Shown: positions 12,101-24,100 of the stretch, in pieces | Numbering within the stretch: the first letter of the stretch is position 1 | Layout: the number at the start of each line of letters is the position of its first letter | Source: Mobula hypostoma | Lineage: Eukaryota | Direction: 5' to 3' | Length of the DNA stretch: 64,000 nt | Assembly (NCBI RefSeq): GCF_963921235.1 | Contig: NC_086097.1 | Location: forward strand, 27,530,001 to 27,594,000 | Made by a program: the position numbers and the translations under genes | Notes under the pieces: model-generated | Seen by the model: only the letters and a program-made list of their open reading frames with translations | Told to the model about the DNA's origin: nothing | Databases searched by the model: none

Positions 12101-15100
12101 AAATCAAAGCCGCTCTTGTTGTCTCGTAAGCTGCTATTATCACAGAATTTCCTAATCTATCTAGTTTGAACTAGTTCTCAGTATAAATACTGGCCACAAG
12201 GTAGTTCTTTAGAACAGGGAACAGTATAATACAATACAGGCCCTTCGGCCCACAATGTTGGAACATAGTATATTACAATACATGTCATGCTGATGTTTTA
12301 ACCTACTCCAGAGTCAATCTAACCCTTCCCTCCTGCATAGCCCACCAATTTTTTTTCATCCATGTGCCTATCTACATGTTACTTATGTCTCCATAATGAA
12401 CCTGCCTCCACTACCACCCCTGGCCGTGCGTTCCGCACACTCACCAATATCTGAGTAAGAAACCTACTTCCGACATCCCCCAGATACGTATTTGAAAATT
12501 AGGTCCCCTTGTATTAGCCATTAACACCCTGGGAAAACGTCTCTGGCTGTCCACTTGATCTATGCCTGTTATCCCCTTGTACACCTCTATCATGTTACTA
12601 ATATAGTTCTTTGCTCTTTTCCTTGTTCTTTTTCTTTCCTCCTTACTTACATTAAAATGAGTTGGTTCAGTTAAAGTTAGTTCCCTACTGCTGTGTTACT
12701 TCCTTGCAGTGCTTTGCTGTTATTTCTGTGTTATCAGCATCTAATAAAACAGCTGTAACCAAAACATATGTGTCTCATTCTTGACTTCCGAAGAACCTTC
12801 TGGACAATATTATTCACGTACATCTGCTCTCACTCCATCCTCCCACCACCCCACTAGGAATAGGGTTCCCCTGGTCCTCACCTACCACCCCACCAGCCTC
12901 CGGGTCCAACATATTATTCTCCGTAACTTCCGCCACCTCCAACGGGATCCCACCACTAAGCACATCTTTCCCTCCCCCCCTCTCTCTGCATTCCGCAGGG
13001 ATCGCTCCCTACACTCCGCAGGGATCGCTCCCTACACAACTCCCTTGTCCATTCGTCCCCCCCATCCCTCCCCACTGATCTCCCTCCTGGCACTTATCCG
13101 TGTAAGCGGAACAAGTGCTACACATGCCCTTACACTTCCTCCCTTACCACCATTCAGGGCCCCAAACAGTCCTTCCAGGTGAGGCATCACTTCACCTGTG
13201 AGTCGACTGGGGTGATATACTGCGTCCGGTGCTCCCGATGTGGCCTTTTATATATTGGTGAGACCCGACGCAGACTGGGAGACCGCTTTGCTGAACATCT
13301 ACGCTCTGTCCGCCAGAGAAAGCAGGATCTCCCAGTGGCCACACATTTTAATTCCACATCCCATTCCCATTCTGACATGTCTATCCACGGCCTCCTCTAC
13401 TGTAAAGATGAAGCCACACTCAGGTTGGAGGAACAACACCTTATATTCCGTCTGGGTAGCCTCCAACCTGATGGCATGAACATTGACTTCTCTAACTTCC
13501 GCTAGGCCCCACCTCCCCCTCGTACCCCAGCTGTTACTCCTTTTTATGCACACATTCTTTCTCTCACTCTCCTTTTTCTCCCTCTGTCCCTCTGAATATA
13601 CCTCTTGCCCATCCTCTGGGTCACCCCCCCCCGTCTTTCTCCCTAGGCCTCCTGTCCCATGATCCTCTCGTATCCCCTTTTGCCTATCACCTGACCAGCT
13701 CTCGGCTCTATCCCTCCCCCTCCTGTCTTCTCCTATCATTTTGCATCTCCCCCTCCCCCTCCAGCTTTCAAATCCCTTACTCACTCTTCCTTCAGTTAGT
13801 CCTGACGAAGGGTCTCGGCCTGAAACGTCGACTGCGCCTCTTCCTATAGATGCTGCTTGGCCTGCTGCGTTCACCAGCAACTTTGATGTATGTTGCTGGA
13901 CAATATTATCTCCAGGTCTAACACTTAAGACTAGTGTCAAGGGATATTTGGAAAACACAAGGTTACGTAGGGAGAACAACATTTAGTCCTTCATCAGGAC
14001 TGGAAAGGAAAGGTGCAGAAACCAAAATAAGGAGGTGGGGGGAGTGGAAGAGGTACAACCTGGCCAGTGATAGGCGAGACCAGGTATGCACATATAGGGG
14101 GATGATTATTACATAAAACAGTGCTGTTATTTAAAATCAGTAAAGGCTCAGCAAAGGGAAAAAGTTGGATATAATAAATAGGACTAACAGTTTCTGGCAG
14201 TTGGACTTCAGTGATAACAGTATTGTCCATTACAGAATATCATCTGTAACAACAAATTGGGCCAACGGTTACAAATAAGAGGGTGAGATACAGGCAAGTA
14301 GAGCAGCAGTTACAAGTATGAATCACCAGATATCATCACAGGGTTAACAGTTATAGGAACATTGTTGATAAACATAATAAGTAGGACTGTGAGTGACAGA
14401 AACAAGGCCATCACTTGTAATCAATAAGGCCTTTAGTTCCTGGCAAGAAGTCTGCAGATGTAATAAATGACCCTGTCACTTACGTGGAACAGGACCGTCA
14501 TTTATAATCATGAGGGTTCAAGTTACCAAGCAATTGAGCTGTATGCTACAGGCAATTGAGTCACTAGGCACAGGCAATCAAGCCGCCAATTAACAGAACA
14601 GATTACAATCTATCTGGATGCATTACAGTTTAGTGTGGTAGCTATGATGTTGTGGACATCACTGAGTCATGGCTGAAAGAAGATCATAGCTGGGAGCTTA
14701 ACATCCAAGGATACAAAGGCAGATGAACTTAATAAGTATTTTGTGTCAGTCTTCACTGTGGAAGACACCAGCAGTATGTCAGAAATTCAAGAGTGTCAGG
14801 GAACAGAAGTGAGTATAGTTGCTGTTACTCAGGAGAAGGGGTTTGGGAAACTGAAAGGTCTGAAGGCAGATAAGTGACCTGGACTAGATGGACAACACCG
14901 CAGCATTCTGAAAGAGGTAACTGAAAAGACTGACGAAGCAACAGTAGTGATCTTTCAAGAAAAAGAGCTTTGGTCAGCAGCCAATCCAGACATCGGAAGT
15001 TTGGAGAGGAGGGGACTTCACTCGGAGGATAAAAAGGCAGGAGTGGGTCGCGGCAGTGAGAAAGAACTTTGACCAGCGACCAACTGGCATTTGGGATTGA

Positions 15101-18100
15101 TTAGTAAGAACAAGTTAAAGGAAGGCGGGGGGCAGAGTCAGAGTGGTGAACTCGAGGCTTTAGATCTTTTGAGGTTTCAACGAAGAGGGGCTTCACTCAG
15201 AGAAAGCAAAGGAGAGAAAAGCTCAAGTTTTTTTCCCTTCTCTTTTTATATCTGCTTAGCTAGGACAGTAGAGATGCTAGGCCAGATAGTGAAATGCCCC
15301 ACTTGCGGGATGTGGGAAAGCAGGGAGACCTTCAGTGTCCCTGACAACTATAACTCCGAGAAGTACTTCCAGGTGCATCTTCTAACAAACCGTGTCAAGG
15401 AGTTGGAGCTGGAGCAATCCTTGCTGATTTGATATGATGCAAATAACACATTTCACTGTATGTTTCAACATACATGTGACAAATAAAGCTAATCTATTCT
15501 TTTATCAAAGACCCTACCATCCCATATACTCTCTCTTGTCCCGTTTCCCATCAGGCAGAAGGTACAAAAAGCCTGAAGGCTTATACCATCACTGTCAAGG
15601 ACAGCTTCTATCCTGTTGTTATAAGACTATTGAATTTTTCTATGGTACAATATGACTGACTCTTGATCTCACTATCTACCACGTTGTGACTTTGCACCAT
15701 ATTGACCTACCTGCACAGCACTTATTCTGTAATTTTATTCTCTATAATAAAAGACTATTATAAAGGTTTGACTGACTGATTTATTATCCTTCTCAACTCC
15801 ATTCTCCTGCCTTCTCCCCAAAACCTTTGATGCCCTGACTAATCAAGACCCTATCAGCCTCTGCTTTAAATATACTCAATGACTTTGCCTCCACAGCTGT
15901 CTGAGGAAATGGGTTCCACAGATTCACCACCCACTGGCTACACAAATTTCTCCGCTTCTCTGTTCTAAACATTCAAAGATTCAAATATGTATGTAATAAA
16001 CAACTCTGAGATATGTCTTCCACAGAGTGCCACAAAGCAATGAAACACCATGGAAGAAAACATCAAACACCAATGCACAAGAAAAAGAACAAATTGTGCA
16101 AATGGCGAAAAAGCAGCAAAAAACACAGAATACAAAATATCAAAATATAGAGACATTAAAACAATCTAGGAATATTCAGTTTAGTTCAGTTCAATTTAGT
16201 GCTGTCTTTCATTCATTTCAAGCCGCAGAGCCGATACGCTCCACAAACCTTGTTGATTAAACCTTGCCCAAAACTCAAAACTCTGGTAGCGTCAAGCAAG
16301 AAGGAAAGAGAGACTAGACAAACACAGGCAGACACCTGCTTGTCTTCTGCTCTCATTCCTGCTAATTTCAATCTTGCTCAATCCTTTAATCAGTGAGATC
16401 GGCAAGAAATGGAGTTGATCATGGGCTCTCCAGGCCACACATTCTGCTCAAAACCTCATCAAACTCCCTTGAAGACAGCAAAGAACTAGATCGCTCAATC
16501 GGCCTGAAAACAGGTTCCGACTGCATGCAGCTTAGTAGCAGAATCATATTTGAAAGAAGAAGTAAAAGAAGCAACTTCGTGAACTGTCTGAAGGACGTCA
16601 TCTTTGGTCGTGTTGTTCGCTGGCTCCATCCTTGCATTCTATGGCTGTACCCTCTGGTCCTAGACTCTCCCACTATTGGAAACAGACACTCCACATCCAC
16701 TCTGTCAAGGACTTTCAATATTTAGTAGGTTTCCATGAGGCCCTCCTCATTCTTTTAAATTCCAGCGAGTACAAGACCAAATCCCAATAAACTTTTTTTT
16801 CAAAATAAACTTTATTCATAATGAAAGATTATTTACAAGAATTATTTACCATTCAATGCATTTTCACTTTTTACATACATAGTCAGTGTTCACACACTTT
16901 AATAGCACTGGTGCCACCCATGTGGCAATTTCAGGTGGTATAATAACTACTACAATAATTGAGGAGCTTCCTCACTTCACCTGGCTCCTCCCTCATCGAG
17001 ACGAACCCTGCATCGTGGTCCTTCTCAAATGAGCCCTTGTGGTGACTGCCCCAAGTTTCAGTGTGTCCCTCAGCGCGGATTCCTGTGGCCTGGAATATGC
17101 CGGTTGGCAGCATTCCTCCACAGACATCTCGAAGAGCTGGCAGACCAACAAGTTCTGGTCCAACTGTAGAGTGAATTTCACCAAGCTGATGATCTGCCAG
17201 CAGCACTGGATGTTTGTCTCCGTGCTTGCCCCTGGAAACAGTCCATAGGTCAGAGAGTCCTCTGTCATGCTGCCGCACATCTTTCTCGATGCCCTCTTCG
17301 TAAACCCACAGTCTGCAAAGAAGTGAGCTACAGTCTCTTCCCCATTACAGTCACCCTGTGGGTAGCAGGCTGTGGCGATGATGCTCTGGGCATGCAGGAA
17401 GGATCTAACTTGACTGGGAGGGCCCCTCTCACTGCCAGCCATGTATGGTCTTGGTGAGACCTGGTGATGAAGCATTCTGTCAGATGCTCTAGACACTCAG
17501 GAACACACCTACTGTATCCATTGAGTCCTTCTCCTGCAGTATCTGCATGATGTTCTGTGCTGACCACTGCCTGATTACCTTGTGGTCAAAGGGTTTGGTC
17601 TGGAAGAATGTTTTCGTGAAGAACTGATAGTGTGGCAACGTCCAGCTGACTGGGACATTGCACAGCAAAAGGGCAAGACCCATCCTTTGCAACATTGAGG
17701 ACAGATAAAAACTTGGCATGAAGTGGTACTTGGTGCTCACATATTTCGGCTCCAAGCACAGCCTGATGCAGCCACACACAAAGGCGGTCATCAGGATGAA
17801 GGCAACACTGGCTATGTTTATATCCCCTGCTGTGAAGGGACTTGTGCATGGTGACCTGTCTTACCTGCTCCATCTTGGATCCCCAGATAAACCTGAAGAA
17901 TCGGATGATTCCTAAACTGGAGGAGCGGAGGATGGGCCACACCTGCACCAAGTACGGTAGCGCTGAGAGCACCTCACATCTGATGACCAGGTTCTTCCCA
18001 GTTATTTACAGGGAGTACCCTCCCCCCAGTCCCAATTTCTGCTTTACTTTCCCAGTCCACTCCTCCAATTCTTGTTGCATGTCTTGGCCCCTCCAGCACG

Positions 18101-21100
18101 TTCACGTAATCAGACTTGGTGGTGAAGGGGACTCTGGATCAGTCGGGTCAGCTGCCAAAAAGCATAGCCTCGCTCTTTGTGCGGTTAACCCTGGCCCCTG
18201 ATGTCAATTCAAACTGGTCGCAGATGCTGATCAATCTGCAAACTGAACTCGTATCTGAGCAGAAGACAGTGACCTCCCTATGTACAGGGAGGTTTCACTT
18301 GGGTTACTCCACTGTTCAGCAGCCTCACCCCTCTTATGCTCTTGTTCTTCCTGATGGCTTCGGCAAAGGGTTCTATACAACACACAAACAAGTCAAGGGA
18401 GAATGGGCAACACTGCCTGACTCCAGACTTGATGGGAAAGTTACCTGTTTTCCAACCATTGACTTGGACTCTACTACAGATGTACATGTTGAGCAGCTGG
18501 ATCCAATTCCCGATTCCCTCACAAAATCCCACTTTGGAGAGTACATCCATCACGTATGGGTGTGATATCCTAGCGAAGGTTTTCTCATGGTCCAAGCTGA
18601 CCAGGCAGGCATCCACCCCATGTTCTGCATGTAGATGATGGTGTCCCTCAGCAGCATGTGGCTGTCAAATATCTTCCTGCCAGATACAGCACAGGTTTGG
18701 TCTGGGTGGATCACCTATCCTAGAGCAGACTTGACACGGATTGCTATGGCCTTGGACACATTCAAGAGTGAAATGGGTCTCCAATTCTTAATGTCATCTC
18801 TTTCCCTCTTCTCCGTGTAGGTGTGAGGGTAATGATGACATTCCTCATGCCAGCTAGAAGCATAGCATTCAGCCAGTAAGCCATTGCTTCTGGGAGTTTT
18901 ATTTGAGTCAAAGGAATGGATGGAGCCAGTCAGCTCCTCCAGGGTCAGTGGCTGGTCCATACCCTCCCGCTTGCTATCATCTAATACTTCCTTGATAGAC
19001 AACAGGAAGTTCTAGGAGGCTGTGGTTTCTGTGGCCTTTCTATCATATAGACTGGCATAGAAGGACTTACGGAGCCTCAATATGTCCATCTTTGAGGATG
19101 CTACTCCGCTATCCTCATCCTTAAGGCTGTGGATCACAGAGGTTCTCCTGTGAACCTTTAGGAAGAAGAAACGTGTGCACATAAGCCCAGAGCCAACAAG
19201 TACTTCTCATACATTAACTCTTTCATTCCTAGGATCATTCTCATAAAACATTGCACATGTGGGGCCCAAAACCGCTCACAAGACTCCATGTCTCATCAAC
19301 ATCTTAATGTAACAACGTAAAATCAACACCTTAATGTTTAGAGAATCCACAATGCTTACCCAGTGAAGAGATCCAATGCACAATTTGGTAGCAAGGAGTG
19401 GGATTGTGGGATCATCTGGTTTGAGTCTGATACATTCTCTCAGTACTCTCACTGCCCGTGCAGACTACGAGAGACAACATTGAATGGAAGTAATTTACAT
19501 TAGAACAAAGAAATACAGTAGAATCAATGAAAAACTACACACAAAGACTGACAAACAACCAATGTGCAAAAGAATACAAACTGTGCAAATACAGAAATAA
19601 CAATAAATAAATAATAAATACTGAGATTATGAGTTGTAGGGTCTTTGAAAGTGTGTCCTTAGGCTGTGGAATCAGTTCAGAGTTCAGTATTTATCTTCTA
19701 ACCTACAACAAATTATTTGGTCATTATCTCGTATCTGTTTATGAGACCTTGCTGTGTGCAAATTAGCTCCCTACACCTTATTATTAGCAGTGGTAAGAGA
19801 ATGTTCATTTCTACAGTGCCTTTGATGTTCCCAAAGCACTTTATGGTTAATTAAGACTTTCTAAGGTGCAATTACCAATGTAAGGTGCAAAATACTCAAT
19901 AGTCAGCAACAAAGTCAAATGAACAGCAATGAGATAAATAACTAGAGGAATCACGTTACTTTGGTGAACTAAATGATAATTATTGTTGAGGACACCACAT
20001 AAACTTCTTCACCTGAAAATGCAGACAGAGTCTCATGTGAAATCCAGCATCTGGTACCGCTTCACTGAAACTTAATGAATATTGAAAGGCCTAGATACGG
20101 TGGATGTGGAACATAAACAGACAGGCGGCTGTGAAATCCAAGTCATTTAAAGCAGAGGCTGATAGGTTCTTGATTAGTAAATGCATCAAAGGTTACGGGA
20201 AGAAGGTCTGCAAATGGGGTTGTGAGCAAAAATAAATAAGCCATGATCAAATGGTAGAGCAAACTTGGTGGATCACTAAAACATTCTCTCCCTTTCTCTA
20301 CTTATGGTCTTATGATCTAGTAGAGATCTGAGGGCCCAAGTTTTCACAGTGTAGTTGATTTCTTGAATGAGGGGCCAGAAGTGATGGAGACAGGAACAGT
20401 AACAATACTTCAGAGGCACCTTGAATGAACTGAGCATAGATTCTTGATTAATAAGGGCATCTAAGGTTACAGTGAGAAGGCAGGAGAATGTAGCTGAGAG
20501 GGATAATAAATCATACAGGGTAGACTCAATGAGCTGAATGACCTAATTCTGCTCCTATGCCTTATGGTCTATTATGGTCTCATACACAGCGCAGTTCATG
20601 CAAAAACTGTAAATTGTTTTGACAGTGGCCATTTTACTTGATTCAATCAGAAACAAATTGCATTCCTCACATTTATTTAATTACCACTAACCTTGCCAGC
20701 AGCCATCAGAGACAATGCAAACTGGTACCAAAGGTGAAACTCCTCAAACGTAAACTTCATTGCTCGTTCCAAGCACTAGAATTGAAAATAAACACTTTAA
20801 TTTCAAAATCTGTCACAGCTCACATTACATGATGCTAGAATCAACAATAAGATTCCCCTCAAGTTATAATCATGGGCTGATGCCTCCAAATCAGAATCAG
20901 GTTTATTATCAATAACACGTCACAAAATTTGTTGTTTTGCGGCAGCAGTACAGTGCAATACATAAAAATTACTATAAATTACAGTAAGAATATATTTTAA
21001 AAAGAGCAAAAAGAGAACAAGATAGTGTTCATGGTCTGTTCAGAAATCTGAAGGGGGAAGGGGAAAGAATCTGCTCCTGAAGTGTCTTTAAGCTCCTGTA

Positions 21101-24100
21101 CCTCCATCTCAATGGTAGTAACAAAAAGAGGGCATATTCTGGATGGTGTGGGTCCTTCATGTTGGGTGTTACCTTCTTGAGGCACAGCCTTTTGAAGATG
21201 TCATTGATGGTGGGGAGACTAGTGCTCATGAAGGAGCTGTCTAAGTCTACAGCCTTCTGAAGCTTTTTTCTGATCCCTTACCTTGGAACCTTCATACCAG
21301 GTAGTCATGCAACCAGTCAGAATGCTCTCCATGGTACACCTATGGAAATTTGCTCGAATCTCCTCAAAATGGCATGCCTTCTTCATGACTGCATGAATAT
21401 CTTGGGCCCAGGATGGATTTTCTGAAATGTTACTGATATCTTAGATGGCAATGAGGAGATGTACAAGAGAGATAGATTGGCTGGTGAGGGTATTCCAACA
21501 ACAAGTTTGCACTCAACATTGGAGGACCAAGAAACTGATTGTGGACTTCAGGTAGGGGGAAGTTGAGAGAACACACACCAGTCCTTATTGAGGGGTCAGC
21601 AGTGGAAAGGGTGAGCAGTTTCAAGTCTGTGGGCATCAGCATCTCAGAGGATATATCCTGGGCCCACCATATTGATGCAGTCACAAAAAAGGGATGCCAG
21701 CGGCTATACTGAATTAGGAGTTTGAGATGACCTGGTATGTCACCAAAGACTCTCGCAAATTTCTACAGATATACCACAGAGAGCTTTCTGACTGGTTGCA
21801 TTATCGTCGGTATGGAGGCACCAAAGCACAGTATCGTAAGAGGCTGCACAGTTGTATCAACCAGCTCCATCATGGCACGTCTCTCTATCATTGAGGACAA
21901 GAAGGCAGCAACTATCATTAAAGACCCTGACCATCCAGGATGTGTTTTATGATCTTATTCATATGTTTAAGAGGGAGTTAGATATGGCCCTTGTGGCTAC
22001 AGGGGTCAGGGGGTATGGAGGGAAGGCTGGGGCGGGGTTCTGAGTTGGATGATCAGCCATGATCATAATAAATGGCGGTGCAGGCTCGAAGGGCCGAATG
22101 GCCTACTCCTGCATCTATTTTCTATGTTTCTATGTTTCTATTACTACTATCATGGAGGTGTACAAGAGCCTGAAGACCCACATTCAACATTTTAGGAACA
22201 CCTTCTTCCCTTCTGCCATCAGACTTCTGAATGGTCCATGAACCAATGAAAACCACTTCGCTATTCCTCTTTCGCACTTTTCAAAATTGGAACTTACTGT
22301 AATTTACTATGCCTGCACTGTATTTCTGCCACAAAACAACAAAGTTCACAAATTATTTCAATGATAATAAACCTTATTCTGATCCAAGGGAAATTTGAGG
22401 AAATGGAAGTGATAAATGAAATGTAAATGAAAATGAAGGGCTGATGTTCATTGTGACTCCTGATATAATCCTAAAAATGGCAGGGGTACCTTGTATAAAC
22501 ACCTCCCCCAACAACAGCTAGCAATAATAAATATTATTCCCATTTTACTAGCGCCTTTAACATAGCAAAATATCACAAATCATTTCTAAGTACATCCTGT
22601 CTGGCTGCCTGTTTATTCCCTCAATCTTAAATCAGAAAGTTGACTGTGAAGTCTCATTCTTGGAATTGAGGACACAGACTGAACAATAGTTATATTCTAC
22701 TTTTTGACCTGATCAGTTCAAGTTTTACTTATCCTCGAAAGGCAGTTGACTACACTGCCAACCTTATCCCTAACCCCTGTACTATTTTACTTAGTCACAG
22801 AGAGAGAACACAAGAGACAGGCCCCTCCACCCATAATTGTCCATGTGACCAAGGTATTATAAAGCTAAGTCCATTTCTCAGCACTTAGCTTATATACCTC
22901 TAAACTCTTATCATCCATGTACCTATCTGCATATTTGTATATACTTAATATTCCTGCCTCAACTACTTCCTCTGGCAGCTGATTTCATATATAAGACCGT
23001 AATACATAGCAGGAGAATTAGCCCATTTGGCTCACTGAGTTTGCTCTGCCACTCTAATATGGCCAATTTATTTTCTCTCTCAACCCCATTCTTGACTTCT
23101 CCCCTTATCCTTTGACACCCTTAGTAATCAAGAACCTATCAAACACTGCTTTTACCTTATGTGTAAAAAACTTGCTTCTCAGGTTTTCTTTAAATGTCTG
23201 TTTTTGCACTACTTATTTTAATTTATCTATTTTATATATATTTATTGTAATTCAGTTTTTTTCTATACTGTTGCCACAAAGTTAGCCAATTTCACAACAT
23301 ATGCCAGTGATATTAAACCTGATTCTTATTAGACCTTTCACCTCTAACCTTAAAACAATGTTCTCTAGTTTTTGATTTCCCCAAGCCTGAGAAAAAGACC
23401 GCTCGCCCTATCTATACCCCTCATGACTTTATATATGACCATGAGATTATCCCTCAGTCTCCTGAGCAAAGACCTAGTCTGTTGAAAACTCAGTTTGCTG
23501 AGGACTTAATTGTCAATTGTCCAAATGCTACACATTCTGTTCTGTATAGTGATGTTTCTAATAGTTCTTATTCCAAACCTTCTCAAATTGGTCCTTGTCT
23601 TGATTTCCAACTGCTGGATACAATCTGCGTTTAATGATCTTGTTATACCTTTTCATAACTTTAAACACAATTCTCACAATTTAGAAATAATTGGAGAGAG
23701 GAAGTGGAGAGGTAAACCTGGATGGCTTGTGGAAGATATGCTGATAGGGTGGAGACAGATGAAGTCTAGGAGATCGTTTAGGATAGATCCCAAGCTGCAT
23801 AATTCCTTTATGTAAGCAGTTAAGCGATGACCATGGTATTTCAAGTAAAGTTGGATAAATTGGAATTGGAATTGGCTTATTATTGCCACTTGTATCATGA
23901 TACAGTGAAAAGCAACAACAGAATGGAGAATAAAGCATTACAGAGAAAGTACAGTGTAGATATACAATAGGGTGTGAGATCGTGAGGTAGATTGTGAGAT
24001 CAAAGGTCTATTTTACCATAACAGTCAACAGTCTTATGTGACTGCGGGATAGAGCTGTCCTTGAGTCTGGTGGTACGTCAGAATTCACATTCCCTATTGT

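Noticed and set aside
13299..13982. 227-aa minus-strand ORF as a novel gene
   Set aside because: It is the antisense reading of the Penelope GIY-YIG and pLTR region and has no independent domain signal.
14100..14600. Unclassified stretch with short repeated motifs (ACAGGCAAT, GTTACAA)
   Set aside because: No ORF, termini or regular periodicity that I can support; probably an unrecognised repeat fragment.
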